A stretch of DNA of 64,000 bases from Octopus vulgaris. Its lineage: Eukaryota. The translations under genes and the position numbers were made by a program. Within the stretch, counting starts at the first letter, position 1. Every line of letters starts with the position of its first letter. Of this stretch, positions 39,926 through 53,898 are shown in pieces. The notes under the pieces were generated by a model. The model searched no databases, was not told where the DNA came from, and worked only from the letters and a program-made list of their open reading frames with translations. The stretch covers positions 101,928,001 through 101,992,000 of the forward strand of contig OX597823.1 of NCBI GenBank assembly GCA_951406725.2. Reading direction: 5' to 3'.

Positions 39926-40640
39926 TCATGTCCTGATACATTTCCTGCTGTGGCTGTGTAGTCCTATCCTGGACAAACACTCCCTCTGGCAGGTGCCGCA
40001 AATGTAGCGAAGACTGTTCCTGGCTGGTTGTAATGCCATAGTTTCTTGTTGATGTCTTTTCTTGTCTTTCCATTTCTCCTCTCTCTCTCTGTCACTCCTT
40101 TGTATTCCCTCTTTTACGGTACGTCGCCATTCTCCACGGTTGCCGGCAACTGCCTCCCAACCGCTAATATTGATGTTGCAGGCCTTCATGTCCCTTTTGC
40201 AAACATCCTTGTAACGTAAGAACGGTCTACCCACAGACCTAGTACCCCTAGCAAGCTCTCCATAGAGTATGTCCTTGGGGATTTTGCCATCTTTCATACG
40301 GCTAACATGCCCAAGCCATACATACGTCTTTGTGTGAGGAGTGCAAACATGCTTGGTATTCCTGCTTGCTTGAGGACATCTTTATTGGGGATATGATTCT
40401 GCCATTTGATGCGGAGGATTTTCCGGAGGCAGCGCAGGTGAAAGATGTTTAGGCGACGCTCTTGGCGTGTGTATAGCGTCCAAGTCTCACTTCCATACAG
40501 TAGAGTGCTAAGTACACATGCCTGGTAGATCTTCATTTTCGTGGTCTTGGTCAGCTTATTGTTATCCCACGCCTGTTTAGAGAGTTGGACCATCGCAGCA
40601 GCTGCCTTGCCAATGCGTATATTGAGCTCAGCGTCAAGGG
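39926..40640 (-). pseudogene. RTE-clade LINE RT C-terminal fragment (shorter copy 47284-47860)
   Basis: LDAELNIRIGKAAAA, TKMKIYQACVLSTLLYGSETW, FHLRCLRKILRIKWQ, IPKDILYGEL...GRPFLRYKD, CGTCQRECLSRIGLHSH. Confidence 0.88.
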
Positions 40641-40664
40641 ATAATTTTTTTTATTATTTTTTTA

Positions 40665-40801
40665 GTTACCATACGATGATCGAGACACCAAGCTAAGAAC
40701 ATTTTTCTCTTCCTTCTTTCTTCTCCTCATTTTTCCATTCCTAGTTTCCTCTCGAGTTAGTTGCCTTAAATGTTTTCATTACTGACAGCTTGTTGTTGTT
40801 T

Positions 40802-40849
<48 letters not shown>

Positions 40850-40985
40850 AACAACAAGCTGTCAGTAATGAAAACATTTAAGGCAACTAACTCGATAGGA
40901 AACTAGGAATGGAAAAATGAGGGAGAAGAAAGAAGGAAGAAAAAAATGTTCTTAGCTTGGTGTCTCGATCATCGTATGGTAAAAA
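40665..40985. repeat. Fold-back inverted repeat (~140-bp arms) centred on (TA)n at the duplication junction
   Basis: ttaccatacgatgatcgagacacc...acagcttgttgtt-(TA)n-aacaacaagctgt...ggtgtctcgatcatcgtatggtaa. Confidence 0.93.
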
Positions 40986-42284
40986 TCTCTTTTCCTCGCT
41001 TTCCTTCTTCATTTGCTTTTTCTGACTGTTCTCCTAATTCCCAAACATCCATATTATTTCTAGTCATAATTTTTTTTTCACGTTATCTTGTTGCTAATTC
41101 CGATGCTCCCTCCCTCCCTTCATCTTTTCTCTCTATATCTCTTTCACTCTCTCTCCCTCTGTATGTATGTATATATATATGTGTGTGTGTGTGTATGTAT
41201 GTATGTATACATGTATGTATGTACAACAGAAGTAAATAGACACCCCATAAAACATCGTTTTATTTCTAGTCTAACTTGTAAAGGTTTATATTTTTCTTTA
41301 ATTGATATTTTTATGTTTCAAGTTCTATATGTGACTGTTTAATCCTGCCATGTACAAAAGAAGCCTTGGAACTGTCTGAATTTCAAAGAAGCCGTTTAGT
41401 GGGTCATTCTGAAGGGTTAGGGTTAGGGTTAGCCGTTTTGTGGGTCATTCTGAAGGTGGACATAGCATAAAATCTCAGAAAACCTTGGGATCCCGCTTTC
41501 TACTGTTAATAGAGTGATTGTGACATTTACCAGAGAGGGGAAGGAGTTCATATCACCTCGCTCAGATCAACTAGGGTCCTCTGACTGGACCCTTTTTTTT
41601 TGCTAAGAGAAGTGTAGAGGATAATCCTTATTGCAAAGCCTCTGACATACCAAAACATGTCGATGTGAAAAGATCGCAGCCAACAATGAAACACGGCAGT
41701 TATTCTGTGATGGTCTGGGGAGCAATTTCGAGCAATGGTTGATCAGAGCAGAGGGAGAGTGAGAGAAACATAAACTCAAATAAATATGTATCCATATTGC
41801 AGAAAGGACTTCTTCCAATTGTCTCCAGTGGTGAAATGATTAAAGAAGACTCTTTACTTATGGAAGATGGAGCTCCTTGTCACATAGCTAAAATGACCCA
41901 AGATTTGTTAGATGAGAATGGCATTAAAAATTTTCCATGGTCAAACCAGTCACCAGATATGAACCCTATTGAACACCCCTGGAACATAATGGATAGGACA
42001 CTTCATATAAAGAACATGTATGCATCTTCAATACCAAATCTTTTGAGATTACTGTATGAAACTTGACAAGAAATTCCGCAAGAGAATATTCGTCATCTGA
42101 TCAGTAACATGCCAAACAGAGTCCTTGCAATGAAAAATGCAAAGGGCTTGTCTACTAAATATTAAATACTCACATTATAATAATTAATAATTTGAATGTA
42201 TAAATTTTGATTTAAATAAATTTTAATGATTAAAAGGGTGTGTGTTCACTTCTGTCATGTCTATGTACACACACACACACACAC

Positions 42285-42345
<61 letters not shown>

Positions 42346-43113
42346 GTATATGCTTACGGATATATACGGAGTCGCATATACGGATGTGCATGCTTGTAAT
42401 TCGTAGGCTCGTAGGCATATACGTACATGTATAATCAAGTTACCAAATGGTGTTGGGTTGATCTTTCTCACCACACTAGGACGGTTCTTTAATACGAAAC
42501 CTTTGGATAATATGAATTGTATGCGATGAGATTAAATGTATAATATTGTATAATTATCCTTCTGAATATACGTAAGTGGATGTGTATGTGTGTGTTGTCC
42601 AGTGTGAGTGCGGTTGATAAAACTCATTTTCTTTGAGTAAATTGGCATTTCATGTACGGGAAAAATTAGTTACTCACACACACACACAAAAAAGATACGT
42701 GCATCTGTTTTATCAACACCAAGTCGTATTGTGTGAGTCATATGTCCCGTTAACTTTTGACTACAAATCGGTCAAATAACTGGAAAATTAAAAAGAATAT
42801 CTAATATAAAATATGATTACTTAGTGAGTGCTAATGAAGAAATGACAAAGAAAAATAAAAGATAAATGGCTGATAGCTGGTAAAGAATGGTAAAGTAGAA
42901 GTAAACGAGAGGTTTAGATGAAAAAAAATGATAAACACAGAAGATTAGAGCAGAAAAAAGGCGAGTTGATGGAAGCATGGCGTGAAAGGGATATCTGTGC
43001 ACATACAAGGATGAAAATAATGAGAAAAATTAGGCTGAACTTGTGACGGTTATCATCTGACAAGATGAGGCGATCATCTTGTATGTATGTATGTATGTAA
43101 GTATATATGTAAG

Positions 43114-43147
<34 letters not shown>

Positions 43148-45016
43148 TGTATGTATGTATGTATGTATGTATGTATGTACGTATGTATGTATGTACGTAC
43201 GTACAAATGTATGTATAGTAGTTGGTTTCAATCGTTAGACGATTACGGTTTAGGCTCCTTTCAATCAAATGAATTCTCCCTCCCCTCTCAAGTAGCTGAG
43301 TATCCCATAGACAAGTACTCTTTCAATGTAATTCCCCGGTATAATCAACGTGACACGCAGTGACATATTGTCACAATCGTGGCATTCCGTCGGTTACGAC
43401 GACGAGGGTCCCATTTGATCCGATCAACGGAACAACCTGCTCGTGAAATTAACGTGCAAGTGGCTGAGCACTCCACAGACATTTGTACCCTTAATGTAGT
43501 TCTCAGGGAGATTCAGCATGATACAGAGTGTGGCCCTTTGAAATGCAGGTACAGCAGAAACAGGAAGAAAGAGTAAAAGTTGTGGTGAAAGAGTACAGCA
43601 GGCTTCGCCACCACCCCTGCCGGAGCCTTGTGGAGCTATAGGTGCTCAATAAATACTCTGGGAATTGAAACCGGGATACTACGACCGCGAGTCCGCTACC
43701 TTAACCACTGGGCCATTGCACCTCTACACATTGTCACAATGCCTGTTTCTTTTAAGTTAGAAATAGAATCCACCTGATTTATATAGTTTTATTCTGCCCA
43801 ATTTCACTCCCAACTTTCTGGTCGATGCAAGATTATATAAAAAAAAAGCTATCTGGGCGAGATACAAACATACCACCACCATCATCACCACACACACACT
43901 CAATTTTTAAGCAATCATTAACAAACCTCAATATATACTATTTGCGAAAGATTTAAAACAAAAACCAGTGGGGTTCTGATGTGGTACTCTGGGCATCAAA
44001 AATTCTGTAGACCAGTAAAAGACCTATGAGAAAGATATAACTAGCGACGTTATTCTTCACAAGTTGCGACATACATACATGCGTGGATGTGTGGTAAGAA
44101 GCTTGCTTCCCAAACACATGGCTCCGAGTTCAGTTTCACTGTGTGACACCTTGGGCAAGTATTTTCTACTATAGCCTCCTGCCGACCAAAGCTTTGTGAG
44201 TGGATATCTCATTTTAATAGATATATTTAGCAAAATTACATCAAAATATTTTAAAATATCAAACAGTAAATTTATTCAATAACATCGCCATTGGTTTCAA
44301 CCACGGCCTCCAGGCGACTTCGGAATCTCCTGCAACTCTTATGAACGGTCTCCTTGTTTAAGTTGGTCAATGCTGCCATAATCCTTGCCTTCATTTCTTT
44401 GGTGTTACAAGGAATTTTGTTGGTCTCTCGCTCAACTGCGCCCCATACATAATAATCAAAGGGGTCGCAGTCTGGGTAGTTAGGTGGCCAGATGTTAGGG
44501 GTGATGTAGTCTCAGAAATTGTGCGACAACCATGACTGGGTTCTTCTGCTTGTGTGACATGGTGGAGAGTGCTGTTGCCAGACATAGGGTCCTCCAGCAG
44601 CCACCCTCCTGACCCAAGGCAGCACTCCCTCCTCAAGGCACTTGATGTAAGCCTCTGTGTTGAGTCTGAGACCGTGTGAGAAGGTGAATGGAGGCCTAAC
44701 TTGCCATCACCCATCACTAGTGATCACTCCAAACACCATGATGTTGACTGGATGTTTGATTTCTATCACTTTTTCAAAACCAGAAAGGAGAAAGCTAATT
44801 CGAAGACTACAGATCCAATCCATCACTGGAACTGTAAAAGTCTGTAAAACTTTCCAGAAGTTTATCATTTAAATATATATGAGCATGTCTAGATATGCAA
44901 CTTTATGCATGAGAATACATACATAAAACATACAAATCTGCACATACATGCATACATGCATACATGCATACACACATACATACATACATACATACATACA
45001 TACATACATACATACA

Positions 45017-45050
<34 letters not shown>

Positions 45051-45463
45051 CCTATACACAGATGCTAGCAGACATACGCATGCGAGTGCTCGTGCGATTT
45101 GGGATATAGTTTCCACATTCAGAATTAACGAGGTTCATTTTAAAACATTGAGCAAATAATGACCGTTGACTAGGCGGACATTTAATTAGAATTTGTGACA
45201 TTGACCAGAATATAAGTTGATCAATAGATTTCTAATTGAATTGATGGGTTTCGATGTCGATGCTACTGCAACAACAGCTGGCGTCTATCCGGCAAAAATA
45301 CCTTAGGTCACAGATCTTTAAGAGTCCCTAAGCCAGGGTTCTGTCCAGTCTTAGAACGATTATCCCAACATCTCTTACATAAACCATGTATTATACTAAG
45401 CAATTCATTGATGACTTCCTTCGTAATTCGTTCAAGGCATATCGACGTTTGAGTGAGGTGTGT

Positions 45464-45531
<68 letters not shown>

Positions 45532-45676
45532 TTTTCCAATTTTTCATGAATCAGAAAAAATCAGGCACGTATATATTAGGAAATAGTGTGGATATGCTAT
45601 TATTATTAGTAGTAGTATTGCCTTCATCCGTCGCCCTTGTGGCAAATAAATGAAATCACCATCATCATCATCATCA

Positions 45677-45743
<67 letters not shown>

Positions 45744-45980
45744 GGTGGTGAGTTGGCAGAATCGTTAGCATGCTGGATGAAATGTTTAACGGTATTTCGC
45801 CCGTCGCTACGTTCTGAGTTCAAATTCCGCAGAGATTGACTTTACCCCTCATCCTTTCGGGGTCAATAAATTAAGTACCAGTGAAATACTGGGGTCGATG
45901 TAATAGACAAGTATTCATGTATAAACATATATATATATACACACAGACATATGCTTATACATACATACATACGTACGTAC

Positions 45981-46030
<50 letters not shown>

Positions 46031-46688
46031 GTGTGTTAGAAACGATTATTAATTTAGGAAACTAAACCTTTGAACGTACATCAAACTCTTCTATAAAGTG
46101 GTTACAAGACGCGCGTGTATAGACGTGCAGACGCGCGCAGCTTGCAGGAAACACTGACGCCAATTTTCAATTGAACTTAAGAGAAAGTTTCTCTAGGGTC
46201 ACTCATTCTTTTACAAATAACAATCATATCCCCATGAATCGCATCTCAAAATATATAAGGTTGCATTAGCTATTGTAGACTACTCAGAAAAAGGACAAGG
46301 CGGGGGATGCAGTCTATATGTTCAGGGCAGAAAAGAACTGAAGTTCATGACTTGAACCCCTCTACGATACCTATGTTCTAATCAGCCCGTTGATATAGCC
46401 TCGTTAATTTTTGTATTCTAATATCTAACTGACTGGACAAGTTGTCTTTTCCTTTCTCTCAAGCTGTTCCTCATAAATCCATTTTAGCTTATAAAATATC
46501 AGCGAAGTTCGAAACTCATTTAATCTTGGAGCAGTGACTAATATTTCAAAGATTAACGAGATCAATGAATGGATATTGAAGGAATTTCAGTTATGAGGTG
46601 AGGAATGAAGAATGAAGAATGAAGAATTTCTCGGTCAAAATTCTTCAGTTTTGAGGTGGTTATTAGTGATACATATGTTGTACTTTAC

Positions 46689-46719
<31 letters not shown>

Positions 46720-46771
46720 TGTATGTATGTATGTATGTATGTATGTATGTATGCATATATATGTATGTATG

Positions 46772-46804
<33 letters not shown>

Positions 46805-48030
46805 GCATCCTTTTTGTCTCGGGAGACAATGGAGTTGCGCAAAAATAGTCTAGTCCGGCTTTTACATTTCTGGAACCACCGTTGACACTGGCTTACGCTT
46901 ATTGTCCAATCACCATGTACTGCGTTAATATTCCTCGCACTTTCTTTTGCGTTGTTGCCTTCATTGAACTCATAAAGCAAAATATGCTGAATATGCTCCT
47001 TTGTCACTTCCAGTATAGCTTTGAAAAAATAACTGTTAAAATCGAACTGCACTCTTCAAAACTTGCACTAAGAATAAGGCCAAGGTAAAATTACTATCTG
47101 CAGGTAGTTTATTCCGCCCCTCCAACTTTTAGTTCATGCAGTTGAAAAAACCGCATAATTTATGGGTTAACCCAGTACAAATAAGTCACGGCGAAGCGTT
47201 GTTATTTCACTTCACGTATGTTACCAATGGTTTTGACAAGGGCATGAAGGTTATACAATCATCTCGAGGCAGCGAGGATATAGTTTCCATTTCTCCTCTC
47301 TCTCTCTGTCACTCCTTTGTATTCCCTCTTTTACGGTACGTCGCCATTCTCCACGGTTGCCGGCAACTGCTTCCCAACCGCTAATATTGATGTTGCAGGC
47401 CTTCATGTCCCTTTTGCAAACATCCTTGTAACGTAAGAACGGTCTACCCACAGACCTAGTACCCCTAGCAAGCTCTCCATAGAGTATGTCCTTGGGGATT
47501 TTGCCATCTTTCATACGGCTAACATGCCCAAGCCATACATACGTCTTTGTGTGAGGAGTGCAAACATGCTTGGTATTCCTGCTTGCTTGAGGACATCTTT
47601 ATTGGGGATATGATTCTGCCATTTGATGCGGAGGATTTTCCGGAGGCAGCGCAGGTGAAAGATGTTTAGGCGACGCTCTTGGCGTGTGTATAGCGTCCAA
47701 GTCTCACTTCCATACAGTAGAGTGCTAAGTACACATGCCTGGTAGATCTTCATTTTCGTGGTCTTGGTCAGCTTATTGTTATCCCACGCCTGTTTAGAGA
47801 GTTGGACCATCGCAGCAGCTGCCTTGCCAATGCGTATATTGAGCTCAGCGTCAAGGGATAATTTTTTTATTATTTTTTTTTTAGTTACCATACGATGATC
47901 GAGACACCAAGCTAAGAACATTTTTCTCTTCCTTCTTTCTTCTCCCTCATTTTTCCATTCCTAGTTTCCTCTCGAGTTAGTTGCCTTAAATGTTTTCATT
48001 ACTGACAGCTTGTTGTTGTTTAAATATATA
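40984..48030 (+). repeat. Tandem segmental duplication, copy B (~7.0 kb)
   Basis: See copy A; the ORF track shows identical translations about 6.98 kb apart. Confidence 0.97.
46795..47177 (-). mobile_element. Mariner 5' end (TIR plus HTH region)
   Basis: TIR tactgggttaacccataaattatgcgg; KEHIQHILLYEFNEGNNAKESARNINAVHGDWTISVSQCQRWFQK. Confidence 0.8.
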
Positions 48031-48031
48031 T

Positions 48032-48078
<47 letters not shown>

Positions 48079-48104
48079 CATATATATATATATATATACA
48101 TACA

Positions 48105-48138
<34 letters not shown>

Positions 48139-48262
48139 CACACACACATATATATATACACATACGTAGATGTATAAATATACTCACATATATACATACA
48201 TATATGTGTGTATATATGAGAATATTTGTATTATATGTATCTATATATATGTATACATACAT

Positions 48263-49640
48263 GCAGCCATCGGTGTCGGTGTAGCTGGAAATGTGGTTGA
48301 TCTCTTCCTGACCTGGTGGGACAATATACTTAAGCAATTGTTAGCAGAACAGTCTACAATTCTTCTTCTCTACAGCGGGTATGTGATGACATTAATATCA
48401 TAGTTAAGACTAACTCTTGTAACGGTAGTGTAGAAACTGAGAGGAACGTAATGGAGAGCATCCAGCAAATAGCTAACTCCATCCGCCAAAATATCAAGGT
48501 AACTATAGATTACCCCACCAAGCACCACAACAATAGACTCCCCGTCCTTGATACTGAACTTTGGTTAGAGACTGTGAACAATAGAGTGCAGCTCCTCCAC
48601 TCCTATTACATGAAGCCCATAGCTTTTAAGTATGTTGTTCACAAGAACTCAGCTTTGTCATACAACATGAAAATTAACATACTGATAGCAGACCTAAGAA
48701 AATGAATAACGTGTCCCCATTATGCAATCCCTATGAAACGAAAAAATATATACAGAACTTCATGCACCGCATGCAATTCTCTGGATATGATCAGAAAGAT
48801 AGGGTTCGAGTATACAGGGAGCTAGAAAGAAATGATATCAGTGGTACCTGCCCTAGATGTAGAAACAAAGACTGGAATAGGATACAAAGAACTTGTGACA
48901 AAGCAAACATTGCGAACACGTGGTAGAAAATCGACAAATATCAATGAGTGATGCCTATAGAGGCCACAGTCCATGGAGAACTAGCCCGTAGACTTAGAAA
49001 AGCTCTGAAGGAGACCAAACTCAACATTAAGATTTATATGTTACTCGCCTTAAGGCGGCGAGCTGGCAGAAACGTTAGCACGCCGGGCGAAATGCTTAGC
49101 GGTATTTCGTCTGCCGCTACGTTCTGGGTTCAAATTCCGCCGAGGTCGACTTTGCCTTTCATCCTTTCGGGGTCGATTAAATAAGTACCAGTTACGAACT
49201 GCGGTCGATATAATCGACTTAATCCCTTTGTCTGTCCCTGTTTGTCCCCTCTGTGTGTAGCCCCTTGTGGGCAGTAAAGAAATATTAAGATTGCTGAAAA
49301 GCCAGGGAACTCCGTCAGATCACAACTATGTATGACGTACCCCTTTGAGAATACCATATGCACCAATGATAACTGAATGGTTTGTAGGATTGTCCTTGGC
49401 ATTTACTGTAGAACTAGAAAGGTAGTTTACAGCATAAGATGAATAGAAGGTACTTGTAAAGACATGAACACGACATACATAGGGGAGACATCTAGGAGCA
49501 TTACGGAACGACTAAGTGAACATTTGAGACAATGTGACGACAAAAAACAGTCATCCATACTCTACCAACATGCCAAGGACCAATATGAAGGCAACCTGGG
49601 TCAACTTGACATCCGCATCTTATCCAAGTACCAGTACCAG
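48263..49640 (+). mobile_element. Decayed Penelope-like element (RT, C-x4-C-x2-C linker, GIY-YIG) interrupted by a SINE
   Basis: AAIGVGVAGNVVDLFLTWWD, frameshifted YVDD, DYPTKHHNNRLPVLDTELW, MHRMQFSGY, then after the SINE KIAEKPG...CRTRKVVYSI...YIGETSRSITERLSEH...LYQH. Confidence 0.88.
49035..49283 (+). mobile_element. Well-preserved family-A SINE with 9-bp target-site duplication ATTAAGATT
   Basis: ATTAAGATT at 49026-49034 and 49284-49292; removing the insert restores the PLE frame (KLNIKI-AEKPG). Confidence 0.88.
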
Positions 49641-49944
49641 TAATTACCTCTGCTTTATTTTCTCACTTTCTTCTCCCTTTTTCTTCACATATGCCATTCT
49701 AGACATCGTTCTCTTCAACACATATTTCCTGGTCGATATTCTTCGCAACCTAGGACGCCATCTTAGAGTGACTATTTTTCTATCGTGTTTGTCTTTCTTT
49801 AATACAATTAGTTGCATATTAGATTTATGGTTTATACATGATTTGTAATCCACGTGCATATCATGGATGTGTGCTTGCTTTTGTGAACGTATCCACACAC
49901 ACACACACATACATATATATATTCTATGTATGTATGTATGTTTG

Positions 49945-50001
<57 letters not shown>

Positions 50002-51346
50002 GTATATGTATATAAGTGTGTGTGGGTATGTGCATCTAGGATTTCGTGTACGTTTCAACGTATACGTATTAAAAATTAAGACAGCGAGAGAGAAGGAAGG
50101 AGTACTGTGCCTGCCAGAAACCTATCTATCTGTCTTATTGTCTTCTAGCTTCGACTTATGTGATTTGGGACATCGTTTGAAGGATACATTTAGGAAACCA
50201 AATTTATTAATATTTAAAGACTAATTGAGCCATTAGAAGATCTTGTGATTAAACGTAGATTAGTCTTGGACCGCCTCGCAATTTATTCTGTGTTCATGTC
50301 ATTTCTTGAGGCAATCAGATTATGTTACTAATTTTACTTATTTTGATTACTTTTAAAATACAAAAATTATAGCGTATGAGATTACTGACAGATCACCATT
50401 TTCTTACTACATTTGATAAGCGAAATTGTTTAGATCATAAAATTACAGAGACTGCAATATGACGCCATAAAAGAAGACGTTTTATGTAGTTGAGAAACTT
50501 TGAAAATGTTTCTGATCTTTGGACCACTAAAATGATCATATGGCAAACATGAATACAAATACGAATATAAATATGTTTAGCTTGACCCAGTTCCTCGGCA
50601 GGAATAGGTGTTAAATAATCTTAGAAACATAATGAGAAGTTACGTTTTTGACAGTGAGCGTGAAAAGATATATCACTGATCCTAAGAACATGGCTGTTTC
50701 TAAAAAAAGAAAAAAAAAGAAACAGGCTCATAAAAATTGGTCTCCTGGGATAGAGCCGTTATTTATGCAATGAATAAACAATTTCTCGAAAGGAGTTATC
50801 AAGCAACAAAACGGAGAGAAATGGCAATAAACACTGAAAGTTATGATTCAAACTAAATATTCACACGAAAAAAAGCACTCAGTAAATCTAAAGTTATTCG
50901 GAAGAAATTAGCTAATTCGTAAATGGAAAGATTATATCCTCAACTAAATAGGAAGACAGTCTCGCTACGAGCTTGTTCAAGATATATACGATCCTGAACA
51001 TGCAGCGTAACAGTACTTTTATGTCTCTACTGCCACATAAGAAGGACGTGAACCTAATGACTTATTTGTCAATGCGCACATTTGCAAATATAGAGGTAAA
51101 ATTTAAGCATCGTTCGCATTAAAAACCTTGATGTAATATCTGCAATGGACAATATGGGTATACCCTCCTGCAACAGGTATTCAAACCTCCAAGAAATCAG
51201 ACAAAATTACATTTGCAAAAACTATTTTTATTTGGGTATTTATGTTGAGTAAAAGTGGATGAATATATTGACACAAGAAATAATAACATTGATACCTGAA
51301 CGAAGAAGTAAATCAGAAGCTAAAATTTCAAATATATCTCTTAGAT

Positions 51347-51480
51347 CAGGGGTTCCCAACCATTTTTTAAATCTATGGACCTCTTTGAAATATTATTTTA
51401 TTCTGGTGGAACCCTAGCCTCTCGATGTTAAAAAAACTATAGAAACTTCTTTCAAAATTCCTATTTTGTTTTTCACACGA
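51347..51480 (+). mobile_element. hAT/Charlie-like MITE left end
   Basis: caggggttcccaacc...atggacc terminus; no right end identified. Confidence 0.4.
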
Positions 51481-51929
51481 AGTTTTCGTTTCTTTAATAA
51501 TCTTGTTAAATTCATGATGTATAAATGTATTTTAATTTTAGGTAAATGCTTAAAGATAAGATTTTTATTACATGGTATTTTTTTCATCTTTTGCTTCTTT
51601 TGTCATTGGACTGTGGCCATGCTGGGGTACCACCTTGGAATGTTTATAGCCGAACAAAGTTCCGAGGACTATAAGCTTACTACTTACTAATATTTATGAG
51701 CACGCACATGTATATGTATATAAATAATATATAAATATATGCATATATACATATATGTACATACCTACATATATTTGTATAAATACATGCATATATGGGT
51801 ACAGGACATCAAAAAAACACGTTGAATACAATGAGAAACGAAAACAAAAACAAAAATATAGAAACGAACTTTTTTCGAACAACGAAAAAAAACAGAGAAA
51901 CGAGACACACATATATATATATATATATT

Positions 51930-52190
51930 ATGCGCCCTTTTTTTAGCGTAGCCAGGCTCATGGGCCCGGTTTCTCGGTTTCTATGGCGCCAGTCCATCGC
52001 AGCGTTACTCAAGAAACAGGAAGAAAGAGTGAAAGTTGGGGCGAAAGAATACAACAGGGGTCGCCACCACTCCCTGCCGGAGCCTCGTAGAACTTTAGGC
52101 GTTTTCGCTCAATAAACACACACAACGCCCAGTCTAGGAATCGAAACCGCGATCCACCGACCGCAAATCCGCTGCCTTAACCACTGGGCC
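51930..52190 (-). mobile_element. Family-B SINE
   Basis: Reverse complement of the 28692-29005 family with an internal deletion. Confidence 0.8.
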
Positions 52191-52396
52191 CACGTACATT
52201 CATGTATGCATGTATAAAGTGTATAAACTATTTGACATATCCACAAAAAAAAAATCCCTCTTCTGGTTACAAGAACTCAGCTTACGTCACATATATTAGC
52301 CATCTTTCATAAAAAGAAACATATTGATAGCAGACTTAGGTAAATGAACAACGTGTCCCCATTATGCAATCCCTATGAAACGAAAAAAACATATAC

Positions 52397-53160
52397 AGAA
52401 CTTCATGCACCGCATGCAATTCTCTGGATATGATCAGAAAGATAGGGTTTTAATATATGTGTGTGTGTGTGCGTGTGTGTGTGTCCATATAGATACATTC
52501 ACTCACACGCGCATATATATATATATATGTATACACACATCATATATATATGTATGTATACACACATCATATATATATTTTGGGATTGCTTTATTAGCAA
52601 TATTCGCTAAAATTCCAACTCAGATTTCCTATATTAGCCAATATACGTCTTATGTTTTATTTAATATCTCAACGATGACACAGTCATTGCCTCTGCTATT
52701 ACAGATCTTATTACGCCTACAAAAGCAGCAACCGCGGCAGCAGTAGTAGCAGTAGTATTTGCTACTATAGTAGCCGCGTTAGAAGTAGTAGTAGAAATAG
52801 ATCTCTATTTCTACTACTACTATAGTAGCAAATACTACTGCTGCTTTTGTAGGCGTAATAAGATCTGTAATAGCAGAGGCAATGACTGTGTCATCGTTGA
52901 GATATTAAATAAAACATAAGACGTATATTGGCTAATATAGGAAATCTGAGTTGGAATTTTAGCGAATATTGCTAATAAAGCAATCCCAAAATATATATAT
53001 GATGTGTGTATACATACATATATATATGATGTGTGTATACATATATATATATATATATGCGCGTGTGAGTGAATGTATCTTTATGGACACACACACACAT
53101 ATATTAAAACCCTATCTTTCTGATCATATCCAGAGAATTGCATGCGGTGCATGAAGTTCT
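52397..53160. repeat. Imperfect palindrome (~360-400-bp arms) centred near 52802
   Basis: agaacttcatgcaccgcatgc...gtagaaatag|atct|ctatttctac...gcatgcggtgcatgaagttct; the arms differ by a few indels. Confidence 0.93.
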
Positions 53161-53829
53161 TTCGAATCTAACATCGCTAATAACAATTTTTAGGTAAAAC
53201 AAAGAAAACAGCAGCTAATCTCATTTCCCAAATGAATCTGAAACTGTGTGATTAATCATAAAAATATTCATGTAATAAAACAACTGACTGAATTCGATGA
53301 ACGGTTGAATAAATAATGTTCAACTATGTCATACGTTTGGTTTACTATTACGTCACATATAGTGTTCCAAGTCACGTCATATCGCACAGCATAACAAGTT
53401 CTCGTTACGTCACAAAACTGATTGGTATACATTAAAAAATAAACAAGACAGAACTTAGAAGCTCGCTCACCGGGCTAGAAATAGCAGCCAAGACTCCCTC
53501 TAATTACACCAAGCCATCTTTCATAAAAAGAAAGTTTCGTGGGACAGATGCACTATGCTTGAAAATAAGATGTTGATGAACATAAGTGCATCACTTTTGA
53601 ATATATGTCTACTCAGTTAGAGCAGATGTAAAGTATAAAGGACAGCAACGAAAGGATGGCGCTACAACAAACTCGTATGATATTGCATATTACAAACAGA
53701 GAATCTTAAATTGACCGGGAATCTTTCGTCGCATTAGAAAGCGGCATATTATGGTATTACGTCACGCATCAGAGTATAATGACATGTCTCAAAGGTTACA
53801 AAAGATTAATACATCAAATTGTAGAGCTG

Positions 53830-53898
<69 letters not shown>

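Larger units (their letters stand above)
33995..40830 (+). repeat. Tandem segmental duplication, copy A (~6.8 kb)
   Basis: Colinear with 40984-48030; differences are mainly microsatellite lengths, scattered substitutions and one block swap. Confidence 0.97.

Noticed and set aside
50400-51340. Possible very old LINE C-terminal relic (CLYC...E...LF)
   Set aside because: Only a vague zinc-knuckle echo amid many stops.
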